Origin: a virus
Length of the DNA: 64,000 nucleotides
Virus record (IMG/VR): IMGVR_UViG_3300018080_000107
Strand: one strand, 5' to 3'
Both the position numbers and the translations under genes were made by a program. Shown piece by piece: positions 1 to 9,497 of this stretch. Under the pieces are notes generated by a model that worked only from the letters and a program-made list of their open reading frames with translations, was not told the origin of the DNA and made no database searches. Position 1 is the stretch's first letter, and each line of letters begins with the position of its first letter.

Positions 1-2
1 AT

Positions 3-446
3 ATTCCTATCCAAGAGTGTATAGAACCTCTATCTATAGTTTGGATGGCAGAAAATGCAGATGCTGCAATTGTAAAAGTAATTAACGCTCCAAGTTTTAT
101 CCATCCAGCAAAAATAATGCGTGTTTTTTACAGCAAAGATATTCAAAATGGAACTCCGGTAGTTCGTGCTGGATGTTGTGCGCTTTTACCACCGTTATTG
201 ACATTTGGATATGTCGCAAGATTAAATGTTTATTGTGAACCACTGAATGATTTTTTTATGTGGCTTAGTATGGGCAACGGTGGTGGCGATTCCGGCTCTG
301 CGGTATTTCATTTAGAGTCTATGGAGATAATGGCCATATCAGCTATCGGCACTCAAGGCAATTCACATCTTGGTGGATGTGTTTCTATCGTGGATATACT
401 TGAAGAATTGGAAGATTCAGACTTAGCTTATATTTTGGAGGAATAA
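3..446 (+). CDS. Trypsin-like serine protease, C-terminal part (5' truncated by the window)
   Basis: The frame is open from base 3 (IPIQECIEPLSIVWMAENA...). DAAIVK fits the catalytic Asp context and GDSGSAVF the catalytic Ser motif. Confidence 0.6.
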   Translation: MPIQECIEPLSIVWMAENADAAIVKVINAPSFIHPAKIMRVFYSKDIQNGTPVVRAGCCALLPPLLTFGYVARLNVYCEPLNDFFMWLSMGNGGGDSGSAVFHLESMEIMAISAIGTQGNSHLGGCVSIVDILEELEDSDLAYILEE

Positions 447-448
447 AA

Positions 449-703
449 ATGGCAAAGGCTGCAGAAGTTATTAAGAAGTTGAGGAAGGACGTAAGGACGC
501 TCAAGGAAGAAGTTGCTTTTTTGAAGGAGCTTGTATTAAAGTCACTGCCTGAAGATAAGCAACCAGTAGACGAAATCATGGATGACGACACCTGGGATCC
601 TAGCCGGGGGCCACGACCAAAGAATGTTGGCAACCGTGGAGCGGCAGCAATTCAAATGCCTGGTGATGCTGGTGTGCGTGTTCAAAAGCGTAACAACAAG
701 TAA
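449..703 (+). CDS. Hypothetical protein, N-terminal coiled coil
   Basis: GGAGG RBS; packed between neighbouring genes. Confidence 0.7.
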   Translation: MAKAAEVIKKLRKDVRTLKEEVAFLKELVLKSLPEDKQPVDEIMDDDTWDPSRGPRPKNVGNRGAAAIQMPGDAGVRVQKRNNK

Positions 704-721
704 ACAATAGAAAGGTAAACA

Positions 722-1834
722 ATGAGCAAAAATCGTCCCAAAAAGAGAGAGATGCTTGCAGACCTAAAAAATGTTCAACTTACACTTCATGGTGAAGACA
801 GTGGCAAAGTTATTACTCGTGCCCAATATAGAAAATATGGACAATATTCTGAAAGATGCTTTAGGGAGGTATTTGGAAATTTCCAAGAATTTCGCCGACA
901 AGCTGGAGTCACAGAAAATAGAGATTTGGGCGCAGTTTCTCGCCATGTTGCAAAACATGCAAGTGTTGATCAATATCGAACGATTAATAAAGAACGAAAA
1001 GATTGGGGCGAAATGTATGTTCGTGACAATTCTTCTCGCTATCAACTATTAATCGGGGCTGCCGACTTTCATGATTCGGCCATAGATCCGTTTCTGCTTA
1101 GAGTTTTTCTTGATACTGTTCATAGGTCACAACCAGATAAGATTGTATTTGCCGGTGATGTATTTGACCTTCCTGAATTTAGCAAGTTTCATCAAGATCC
1201 TCGTGAGTGGGACGTTGTTGCACATCTTAAATTTGCTCATGATAAAATTTTTGGGCCGGTTCGTGAGCGTGCTCCAGATGCACAAATTGATCTTATTGAG
1301 GGCAATCACGAGAGACGGCTTCTAAAGCACATTACAGCTAATTCTCCTGTCACTAAGGTTATCTTATCTGATTGGTGTGGATTGACGATTAAGGACGTTC
1401 TTAGGCTGCATGAACACCAAATGAATTACATTGCAGAAGCAGACCTAACAGCTTGGACAAAAAGAGATGAGGAAAAGGAATTAGCCAAGAACTTTAGAAT
1501 TTATTATGATTGTCTTATGGCTCATCACTATTCCAATGTCGGTCGTTCATATGGGTATCCTGGATTCAGTGGCCATAACCATCGTCATGAGCTTTGGATT
1601 GGCCATAGTCCTATCTTTGGTCCTTATGAGTGGCATCAAATCGGATGTGGCCATCGTCGTGACGCCAATTATACAGACGGCTTGCATTGGCACAATGGAT
1701 TTATTCTTTGTCATGTAGACACTAAAGACAAGCTTGTGAATTTCGAGTATGTACCAGTTACTAATCATGCTGTTGTTGGTGGCAAAATGTATACTCGTAA
1801 GAAAAGCGAAATTGTTCTGCCTGGTCTTAAGTAA
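722..1834 (+). CDS. Calcineurin-like metallophosphoesterase with a small N-terminal helical domain
   Basis: ADFH, GDVFD, GNHE, HH and GHNH metal-binding motifs in the canonical order. Confidence 0.85.
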   Translation: MSKNRPKKREMLADLKNVQLTLHGEDSGKVITRAQYRKYGQYSERCFREVFGNFQEFRRQAGVTENRDLGAVSRHVAKHASVDQYRTINKERKDWGEMYVRDNSSRYQLLIGAADFHDSAIDPFLLRVFLDTVHRSQPDKIVFAGDVFDLPEFSKFHQDPREWDVVAHLKFAHDKIFGPVRERAPDAQIDLIEGNHERRLLKHITANSPVTKVILSDWCGLTIKDVLRLHEHQMNYIAEADLTAWTKRDEEKELAKNFRIYYDCLMAHHYSNVGRSYGYPGFSGHNHRHELWIGHSPIFGPYEWHQIGCGHRRDANYTDGLHWHNGFILCHVDTKDKLVNFEYVPVTNHAVVGGKMYTRKKSEIVLPGLK

Positions 1835-2076
1835 TGATTCCAGATCCAATAAAACGAAAAATAATAGTAGAGAAAATAAAAAAATATATAAGCCAACACA
1901 ATACAAAGTATCCTGGCAAGTTAATATTTATGCGAATTGATTGGTCAGAAAATAATATTTTGTTGTTTTACCAGAATTGTTGTGGTGGAATTGCCGAAAA
2001 TGAACATTATACGATAGCGGAAAAGAATTTGTACAATATTTACCCATGTGAAGTTATTTGGTACAGGAGGCAATAA
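1834..2076 (+). CDS. Hypothetical protein
   Basis: TAATG coupling at both ends. Confidence 0.6.
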   Translation: MIPDPIKRKIIVEKIKKYISQHNTKYPGKLIFMRIDWSENNILLFYQNCCGGIAENEHYTIAEKNLYNIYPCEVIWYRRQ

Positions 2077-2531
2077 TGAAGATTTATCTTGCTGGAGCTA
2101 TCGAAAAGAGTAAGGATGGAGGCGTATGGATTAGGCAAAGTGTGCATAATGCCCTCGATAATGTCGAGGGTGTAGAATTACTTGATCCATGTGATTTTGA
2201 GTTTAATAAGAAATATAAAAGTCTTAGTGAACTTATTGAAAAGCATAGGCAATGGCGTGCAATTACTCGTAAGGTCATGGAAAAAGACATTGATACGGTA
2301 CTTGGTGCTGACGCTATTATTACTATAGTTAATAAGTTGGCTGGTGGTGGCACTATTACTGAATCTGTAATGGCTTGGGACGCAGGCATACCTGTTATTG
2401 GATATTTCTCTAAAGACGTATTTAATAATAGAAAGGGATTACATCCTTGGTTGTTGGCAGCGTTGTCAGACGAGTGTGATAATCCCGACGACCTTGTTCG
2501 CATTGTGAAACGTTACAAGAAACGACTCTAG
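2076..2531 (+). CDS. Nucleoside 2-deoxyribosyltransferase / nucleotide N-glycosidase family protein
   Basis: MKIYLAG start, D..ADAII, GT..E and GIPVI motifs. AGGAGG RBS supports ATG 2076 rather than 2058. Confidence 0.75.
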   Translation: MKIYLAGAIEKSKDGGVWIRQSVHNALDNVEGVELLDPCDFEFNKKYKSLSELIEKHRQWRAITRKVMEKDIDTVLGADAIITIVNKLAGGGTITESVMAWDAGIPVIGYFSKDVFNNRKGLHPWLLAALSDECDNPDDLVRIVKRYKKRL

Positions 2532-2541
2532 GAGGAATGAA

Positions 2542-2769
2542 ATGCCTGACAGGACAATTTTCCGTAGCTGGGATTATAATGGCTACAATTATGACGCACC
2601 ATCGTCTGGTCTAATTGGACCGCATGTCGAGAGTGGGTTGGTCTGGAATAATGCAGAAATGGACGTTGCTAGTGAATTTGAGGGTATCGAAAAGACTGTT
2701 GTATACCCAGTTCAAGGCAATGTAATTACTGGTTCCGGTACTGCGACATACCACACTCACGACGCATAA
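2542..2769 (+). CDS. Small hypothetical protein, Ser-Gly/aromatic-rich (possible virion protein)
   Basis: AGGAGG RBS; three SG dipeptides in 75 aa. Confidence 0.6.
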   Translation: MPDRTIFRSWDYNGYNYDAPSSGLIGPHVESGLVWNNAEMDVASEFEGIEKTVVYPVQGNVITGSGTATYHTHDA

Positions 2770-2841
2770 TCTAACCAAAAACTAAATCTAACTGTAGGTT
2801 TTTAGCTATTGCGCTGAGGGTCTATCTATAAGGAGGACAAT

Positions 2842-3528
2842 TTGGCTAAGTCAAACAAAAGGACAGCTAAAGCGAAACCCAAATATGAATACGAGGCAAA
2901 GACAGAAAACCAAAGGCGATACTTAGAAGCAATAGAAAGCAACAAGATAATTTTCGGTGTAGGTGCTGCTGGTACTGGAAAAAGTTACTTAGCAATCGCC
3001 AAGGCACTAGACGGACTATTTACCAAAAATCATAAAGGTGGCTATAGACAAATCATTTTGACTCGCCCTGCCGTTGAGGCTGGAGAGCATCTTGGTAGTT
3101 TGCCGGGTGATATACAGGCAAAGATTCATCCTTTCGTATATCCACTATATGATAATATGTTAAAATTTGTAAGCAAAGCAGAACTTGATAAGCTTATTGA
3201 AACAGATAAGATTAAAATTCTTCCATTGGCTTATATGCGCGGTGTAACGTTCCGTAACGCCTTTGTTATAGTTGATGAGGCTCAGAACACTAAGCCGTCA
3301 CAAATGCTCTGCCTGCTTACTCGTATGGATTCTGATAGCAAGATTGTTATTACGGGCGATAGGAAACAAACTGATATACGTGGAGTCAATGGATTAGAAG
3401 ATGCAATGATGCGATTACTCGATATTGATGGCATTACAGCAGTCAACTTTGGCATTGACGACATTATGCGCGATCAAATTATCAAGGATATTATCGTAGC
3501 ATACGACAAAAAGCTAAAACTTGAGTAA
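2842..3528 (+). CDS. phoH: PhoH family ATPase
   Basis: GAAGTGKS Walker A, TRPAVEAGE.LG.LPG, LAYMRG, VDEAQN and ITGD..QTD motifs. TTG start after AAGGAGG. Confidence 0.95.
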   Translation: MAKSNKRTAKAKPKYEYEAKTENQRRYLEAIESNKIIFGVGAAGTGKSYLAIAKALDGLFTKNHKGGYRQIILTRPAVEAGEHLGSLPGDIQAKIHPFVYPLYDNMLKFVSKAELDKLIETDKIKILPLAYMRGVTFRNAFVIVDEAQNTKPSQMLCLLTRMDSDSKIVITGDRKQTDIRGVNGLEDAMMRLLDIDGITAVNFGIDDIMRDQIIKDIIVAYDKKLKLE

Positions 3529-3549
3529 GCATTGCGTTAGGGAGGACTT

Positions 3550-3969
3550 ATGATTAATTTTGAAAAGCCTGCTGATTCCCCCACTCCATATTGTGTAGTC
3601 GAACTGTCAAATGGGCAGGTCATATATGAAAGCAACGAATATACCTTTTGGAGAGAGTTGAAAAATTTTTGTAAAAAAAATGGTAATTTATCTGTTAAAA
3701 AGGTGTCTATAATAGTAGGTGATAAACCTAATCCAATCAAAAAGAATAATGCACGCCATTATTTCATAATCCGCAATGGCCGTATGAGCCTTCGTAGAGG
3801 CGTAAGTGAAATCAAAAAAGGCTATGGGGTAGTTTGTGTGCATCCAGGCGATATTAAAAAGACTTATATTTCATGGTACAATGATGATACCGGCAAATTC
3901 TTATACGATGAAGTTTTGAGGGGTGGGAGCGAACTTTATGAAAAGGAAATCGGCATTTCGGCAAATTAG
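3550..3969 (+). CDS. Hypothetical protein
   Basis: GGGAGG RBS; operon context. Confidence 0.7.
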   Translation: MINFEKPADSPTPYCVVELSNGQVIYESNEYTFWRELKNFCKKNGNLSVKKVSIIVGDKPNPIKKNNARHYFIIRNGRMSLRRGVSEIKKGYGVVCVHPGDIKKTYISWYNDDTGKFLYDEVLRGGSELYEKEIGISAN

Positions 3970-4420
3970 CGAAGCTTCACTTAAAAAACAATTTGGCACA
4001 CAAGATTCATGGAGATTCAGATCCATCACAACACCGGGTAAGTCCTTTACCCTTTCTCGTGCCTTAGCGGAGTTCGTTATATTACAACGATATGGGAAAG
4101 ATGTCCCTCCTTTGTTTTGGTACAAAAAAACAGGTTGTTATAAAATACGTGACGACTTTTTAAAAATTGAAAAACAAATTGCGGCAATGATTTATCGCAA
4201 TGAACATATCACAGCATTGCAACTACTTTCTATCGTGTGTGAAAAATTTCCACCGATTCCACAAGTAACAATGCAAGAATCTAAACCCAAGAAAAAAGAA
4301 AAGCTTGCATCAAAACCTTTAATTGAATTTAAAGATATAGAAACAAAGCAAGAAACTCGGAAAGCAGAAATACAAAGGATATCTCAATATGGCCAAAAAG
4401 AAAAAGACAGTACCAACTGA
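3938..4420 (+). CDS. Hypothetical protein
   Basis: Fills the gap before recA. Start uncertain (3923 GTG or 3938 ATG). Confidence 0.6.
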   Translation: MKRKSAFRQISEASLKKQFGTQDSWRFRSITTPGKSFTLSRALAEFVILQRYGKDVPPLFWYKKTGCYKIRDDFLKIEKQIAAMIYRNEHITALQLLSIVCEKFPPIPQVTMQESKPKKKEKLASKPLIEFKDIETKQETRKAEIQRISQYGQKEKDSTN

Positions 4421-5378
4421 TAAGGCAATCGATATGATTGGTGCCTCTCTTAAAAAGATTGGCATTGATATCAGACAAGATATTGCCTTTCTTGAACCAG
4501 AGTATTACGTTAGCACAGGAAGTCTAGCACTTGATAATATCCTGGGGGATAATAATGGTCTACCTCCAGGAATCATAGAAATTTTTGGTGCAGAAGGCGT
4601 AGGCAAAAGTACAATGGCATTAGAAATTGTAGCACAAGCCCAACAGTGTGGTTTGACTTGCTATTATTTTGATGTTGAAAAGAAAATGACAGCCAGTACG
4701 ATTAAAACTATTCAAGGTCTTGATCATTCAAAAATCAAGTTTCCCAATATCAATCATGGAAATGATGTTATTCATGCCTTGGATGTTATTTTGCCACAAG
4801 ATCCAAAATCAGTAATAGTAATTGACTCTGTTCCCGCCATGATATCTTCCGCACAGTTTAAGGAAGCGTCTGACAAAGACTTCTATGCATCTATTGCTCG
4901 TTTATTAAATGACTTCTTGCCAAAGGCTCGTACTTGGGTTAGGCAGAATCAAACTCTTCTTATTTTCTTGAATCAAATTAGAGATAATATTAACTCATAC
5001 GGAATGGGTCCAAAGACACGCACACCTGGCGGCAGGGCTCTCAAGTTTAATACTGATATCCGTATAGAACTTAAAAAGATTGGAAAGATTACGAAGGGCG
5101 ATGATGTTATCGGACAAAAGCTAAAAGCTATTACTCACAAAAATAATATGACTCGTCCAAACCAGACGGTAGAAATGTCGCTCATTTATGGACGTGGCAT
5201 TGATAAGACATATGAACTTCAAGAACTTGGCCTTCAACTTGGTATCATAGAAAAGAATGGTGCTTGGTTTACTTATGACGGACAGCGGGTGCAGGGAAGT
5301 GCCAAGCTTGTTGTTATGCTCGATGAGAACCCAGAAATGAAAGAAAAGCTTCGCAAAGAGGTATTGGAGTATCTATGA
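4389..5378 (+). CDS. recA: RecA recombinase
   Basis: STGSLALD, IEIFGAEGVGKST, VIDSV, IFLNQIR, TPGGRALKF and I.K.GAWF motifs. Confidence 0.95.
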   Translation: MAKKKKTVPTDKAIDMIGASLKKIGIDIRQDIAFLEPEYYVSTGSLALDNILGDNNGLPPGIIEIFGAEGVGKSTMALEIVAQAQQCGLTCYYFDVEKKMTASTIKTIQGLDHSKIKFPNINHGNDVIHALDVILPQDPKSVIVIDSVPAMISSAQFKEASDKDFYASIARLLNDFLPKARTWVRQNQTLLIFLNQIRDNINSYGMGPKTRTPGGRALKFNTDIRIELKKIGKITKGDDVIGQKLKAITHKNNMTRPNQTVEMSLIYGRGIDKTYELQELGLQLGIIEKNGAWFTYDGQRVQGSAKLVVMLDENPEMKEKLRKEVLEYL

Positions 5379-5779
5379 GATTTTTGGGTACTGATGGGTA
5401 TGAGATAATCGTCAATCTTGATCGGGCGAGTAAGATCAGACGAACTTCTACTTCAAAGTATCAAGAGAATGTTGGAGAGATACTTGAGGCTTTATTTCCA
5501 GGACTGGATATTTATACTGACTTTCCGATTGAGGGAATGTTTATAGACTTTTTCGTTCCATCAATAATGCTCGCTGTTGAAGTTGATGGCGAACAACATG
5601 AAAAATTCAACAAGTTCTTTCATAAGAGCGGTGGTGGTTTTGTTAGGCACATTAAGCGTGATGAACAAAAGAATGAATTTTGTAGACTTAATGATATAAC
5701 ACTTGTACGCATCCCACAAGGGGATGCTTTGAATGACGACTTAGTAATAGAGAGGTTGCGTAATGAGTTGGAATCCTAG
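5375..5779 (+). CDS. DUF559/Vsr-like endonuclease
   Basis: IDFF...LAVEVDGEQH...RD..K...LVRI pattern. Confidence 0.8.
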   Translation: MRFLGTDGYEIIVNLDRASKIRRTSTSKYQENVGEILEALFPGLDIYTDFPIEGMFIDFFVPSIMLAVEVDGEQHEKFNKFFHKSGGGFVRHIKRDEQKNEFCRLNDITLVRIPQGDALNDDLVIERLRNELES

Positions 5780-6251
5780 AGACTTTAAGCGTTGGACTGA
5801 ACAAACGATTGCGGAAGTGGACATTGGTGATTTGCATGCCATTGATAAGCTACTGAGTATGCCAGCACAGGCTGTACGTGCAAAATCTTTTGATGAAGTT
5901 CATGACATGATTACACTGTTGGCTCAGTATGGTGTTTTCCTTACAGATCAACTTAATAGACATCGTGCTTCAGCCAAGTATTATGAAAAAGAGTTTAAGG
6001 AGCGTTTGTCTGCTGTCATGGCAGCGGGTGGAGTTAATGGCAAGAGTCGTGAAGAACGAGAAATGTCAGCTATCCAGATTGATGATCAACTCCGTGAACT
6101 CAATGACAAAATGAAAGAACAAAAACTAAAGGCTGAACGTATTGAAGGTTTGCCGTATGTAATAGGAACGTACATTGGGATCGTTAATGAGATTTATCGT
6201 CTCAAGATTAACGAAAAGAAGTATGGTTCCAAGAAAACCAAGGAGGAGTAA
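5763..6251 (+). CDS. Helical protein, possibly a UvsY-like recombination mediator
   Basis: Coiled-coil character and position between recA and the helicase. Function is inferred only. Confidence 0.4.
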   Translation: MSWNPRDFKRWTEQTIAEVDIGDLHAIDKLLSMPAQAVRAKSFDEVHDMITLLAQYGVFLTDQLNRHRASAKYYEKEFKERLSAVMAAGGVNGKSREEREMSAIQIDDQLRELNDKMKEQKLKAERIEGLPYVIGTYIGIVNEIYRLKINEKKYGSKKTKEE

Positions 6252-7657
6252 TGGCAGACCTGCAAAACGTTGAAGCAGAAAAAGCAATCATTCACATCTT
6301 ATGTCATCATCCAAAAAGGATAGGCGAAGTGGATGGCAAAAACATTTCAGAAATGGATTTCACAAAGCGTGCTTTCCGTGAGGTGTTTTTGACTATTAAA
6401 CATCTGTATATGAATGGGTCAGATGTAAATCTTTCTTCTGTGTTGACTGTTGGCAAAGAGTTCAAATTTAGTTTTGTCAATAAAGAAAATAATGTCGCGG
6501 CACTCACAAAGCTATTTGAAGTTGAAATAGAAGATACAAATCTTTTAATGCATTGTGGCATTGTTCGCAACATTAGTATCAAAAAACAACTAACCAATCG
6601 ATTGTCTAAGTTGCATACAGAGGTTGGTAATGTTGACACAGCACATGAAGCATTGTCACTGGTAGAAAAGGCTGTCTACAATTTTGCTTCTGAAAGTAAT
6701 CAAGGTAGTGAAATTATTAGACTGGCTGATCGCGTTGACGAAGTAATGAAAGATATAGAGGCTAATCCAACCATCGGTCTTAGTAGTGGCTTCCCAACTT
6801 ATGACAAGGCCATAGGCGGCGGTCTAAGGCCCGGTACGATCAATATGATTGGAGCACGACCCAAGAAGGGTAAGTCTTTGATTTCGCTTTGGATGGCCAT
6901 ACACAACGCCAAGAACGGCATACCAACTCTATATCTTGATACTGAATTAGAGTATAAAGATCAAATTCCTCGTATGATTGGAATGCTCGCCGGAATATCG
7001 TTTGAAAATATTGAAACTGGGAAGTGGCAAAGGATTCGTAGTGATGTTGAAAAATACAAACAAGCACGCGAAGTATTAGAGAACATGCCGCTATACTGGA
7101 TTAAGATTGCTGGTATGCAAATCGAAGAAGTGATCGGATATATTCGACGCTTTATCTGTAGAATTGTTGGGACTCGTGAAGACGGTAGACCAAATCGCAG
7201 TCTAATTTGCTATGACTACTTAAAGCTAATGAATACAAAAGACCTTGGGAAAAGCATGCAGGAATATCAAGCCCTTGGTTATCGAATTTCAGAACTTCAT
7301 GATCTTGCTGGAGAAATGGGTGCAGCAATGCTTATGACCGTCCAGCTTAATCGTGATGGTATTGAACGAGAAGATGGAGCTTCAATCAGTGGTAGTGATA
7401 GAACATTGTGGCTTTGCGACAACTTTACTATCCTCAAGCCATTGTCAAGAGAAGAAATATCACTTGCCCCGCCTGGTGTGAATTATAAGTTGTTTGTTTC
7501 TGATACGCGCTATGGTGCAGGAAATACGGAGATAGATTTTATCGGTCTTAATGCTGATAAAACACGTGGGCAATTTAGTGATATGGGACTTATTAAGATT
7601 CTAAAGGAACACAAAGAGGACGATAATGGCGGACACTCTAAAACTGACGATGAATGA
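6251..7657 (+). CDS. dnaB: Replicative DNA helicase
   Basis: N-terminal EAEKAI, SGF..YD..IGGG, GARPKKGKS, DYL.LM and QLNR motifs. Confidence 0.93.
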   Translation: MADLQNVEAEKAIIHILCHHPKRIGEVDGKNISEMDFTKRAFREVFLTIKHLYMNGSDVNLSSVLTVGKEFKFSFVNKENNVAALTKLFEVEIEDTNLLMHCGIVRNISIKKQLTNRLSKLHTEVGNVDTAHEALSLVEKAVYNFASESNQGSEIIRLADRVDEVMKDIEANPTIGLSSGFPTYDKAIGGGLRPGTINMIGARPKKGKSLISLWMAIHNAKNGIPTLYLDTELEYKDQIPRMIGMLAGISFENIETGKWQRIRSDVEKYKQAREVLENMPLYWIKIAGMQIEEVIGYIRRFICRIVGTREDGRPNRSLICYDYLKLMNTKDLGKSMQEYQALGYRISELHDLAGEMGAAMLMTVQLNRDGIEREDGASISGSDRTLWLCDNFTILKPLSREEISLAPPGVNYKLFVSDTRYGAGNTEIDFIGLNADKTRGQFSDMGLIKILKEHKEDDNGGHSKTDDE

Positions 7658-8615
7658 GAAACGCTATAAAGGATTGGGTTATGTCTTTGATAGAGTCTTG
7701 GAATGGTATGGAATACATTCGTATGATTACACCATTCAGAATGGCGAATATCTAAGAATGGCCTGTCCTATTCATGGTGGTGACAACAACACTGCTTTTG
7801 TATGGCGATATCAATATCATTCTTGGTCATGCTATTCTCACAATTGCCACGAACTCTATGAAGGCAATAGTGCATTTCACTTTATCTTGGCAATGGAAGA
7901 AGGTAATGTAGAAAAGGCGTCTGAAATCACAAGAAATATTATGGCTGGTTGCAAAAATGAAATTAGTCAAAAGCGCATGGAGCGCAGGAAAGACGTTAAG
8001 CATATCGGTCATTATGATCAATTACCCATAAGTGAGCGTGATTTAGCAAGCTTTTCTTATACACCTTATGCCTATACAAGAGGCATTCCAAGGTCGCTAC
8101 AAAGAAAATATAAGATAGGGATTTATAAGAATCTCTTTCCTGATAAAATTGGATTTCCTGTTTTTGATAGGCGTGGATATATTGTTGGTATTACATTGCG
8201 CCAATTACATGACGGGATTGGCCCGAAGTGGATTCATAAACCAGATGGATATAAATCTGGTATTAACCTATATAATATCAATTATGCTACCCCCTATAAT
8301 GGCTCAATGATTATAACAGAGGGGCCTATGGATGTAATGAAGTTGGTAGCTTGTGGAATCAATAATTGTGTTGCGTCTTTCGGATGCAATCTTTCAAGAG
8401 AACAAATCGACTTATTAAAAGAAGTTGGTGTACATCGTGTGTTGCTTGCCTATGACAATGATGAGGCAGGCGACAAGGGTTGCTGCAAAGCATCAAAGAT
8501 TCTATTCGATCATGGCATGGAAGCTGTGCGGCTAAAAGTGTTGGGATATAATGATTTTGGGGAGATGCCAAAATGTCTAATCAGAAAACGAAGTTGGAAA
8601 GTGGAACAATTTTAA
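7626..8615 (+). CDS. dnaG: DNA primase (zinc finger plus TOPRIM)
   Basis: CPIH...C..HNC zinc finger; ITEGPMD and YDNDEAG motifs. Confidence 0.9.
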   Translation: MADTLKLTMNEKRYKGLGYVFDRVLEWYGIHSYDYTIQNGEYLRMACPIHGGDNNTAFVWRYQYHSWSCYSHNCHELYEGNSAFHFILAMEEGNVEKASEITRNIMAGCKNEISQKRMERRKDVKHIGHYDQLPISERDLASFSYTPYAYTRGIPRSLQRKYKIGIYKNLFPDKIGFPVFDRRGYIVGITLRQLHDGIGPKWIHKPDGYKSGINLYNINYATPYNGSMIITEGPMDVMKLVACGINNCVASFGCNLSREQIDLLKEVGVHRVLLAYDNDEAGDKGCCKASKILFDHGMEAVRLKVLGYNDFGEMPKCLIRKRSWKVEQF

Positions 8616-9223
8616 TTGCTCTTTGTGGAAAGAAGCAGGTTGGAAAGTCTACAAGTTTCAGATTTATCAAAGAACTTGCTGAAGGCAAAGAGGTAGAGCG
8701 GTTTTCATTTGCAGAAAAGCTAAAGACAATGACAGCCGATTTGTTTGGCGTAGATTATGATCTTTTCGTCGGAAGTGACGAGGATAAGGATAGTCCTACA
8801 TATCTCAATTGGGCAGATGTCGCACCTCACATCAAGAATGATTTTGGTGATGACCCAATTGGCAAGATTACTCATCGAGAACTTCTTCAGCTTGTTGGTA
8901 CAAATCTTTTCCGTGCTGTAAGACCTGGAATTTGGCCAGAATATTTACGTCGGGCTTTGTTCTCCAGCGATGCTGACATCCTTGTTGTTGACGATGCACG
9001 TTTTCCAAACGAAGTTGAAATGCTACGTGATATGGGTGGCTATCTTGTTAAGCTATATCGAAATGTTTATAGTCCAAATTCAGCTACTCATGCCAGTGAG
9101 ATTGCATTGGACCACCTAACAGACGATTATTATGATTTTGTTATTACAGATCATGGGAATAGAACGATGGACGAACTCAAGAAATCATGGAATAGTATTC
9201 TTGGGGCAATTTTGGAGAAGTAA
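8573..9223 (+). CDS. Deoxynucleoside monophosphate kinase
   Basis: GKKQVGKST, SFA..LK, RELLQ.VGT, DDARFPNE and HASE motifs. Confidence 0.9.
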   Translation: MSNQKTKLESGTILIALCGKKQVGKSTSFRFIKELAEGKEVERFSFAEKLKTMTADLFGVDYDLFVGSDEDKDSPTYLNWADVAPHIKNDFGDDPIGKITHRELLQLVGTNLFRAVRPGIWPEYLRRALFSSDADILVVDDARFPNEVEMLRDMGGYLVKLYRNVYSPNSATHASEIALDHLTDDYYDFVITDHGNRTMDELKKSWNSILGAILEK

Positions 9224-9226
9224 AAC

Positions 9227-9496
9227 ATGGAACAAAGAATCAAGGACAACTTAGCAGAGCTACAGAAACATAAGGACGCAGGATGTTTTTTCTTTACCTT
9301 TTCTAATGAACCTAATGGCATATGTCTACATGTCAAGGATGAACAGACTGGTATTGATGTTTTTATGCGCCATCTGACTATCACAGAAGCTAAGCAGATT
9401 ATTATTGCTGACAACGATAGTTTGCCAGGTGTAATTGTCGTCCGTCCTGGTTCGCAATTGCACACATTGTTCAAAAGGAAAACGGGAAGGAAATAG
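9227..9496 (+). CDS. Hypothetical protein
   Basis: GGAG RBS; operon context. Confidence 0.65.
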   Translation: MEQRIKDNLAELQKHKDAGCFFFTFSNEPNGICLHVKDEQTGIDVFMRHLTITEAKQIIIADNDSLPGVIVVRPGSQLHTLFKRKTGRK

Positions 9497-9497
9497 A

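Noticed and set aside
2819-2832. GGTCTATCTATAAG upstream of phoH as a third ECF-type promoter
   Set aside because: Only a partial -10 match, and the nearest TGTAG is 21 nt upstream rather than 16.
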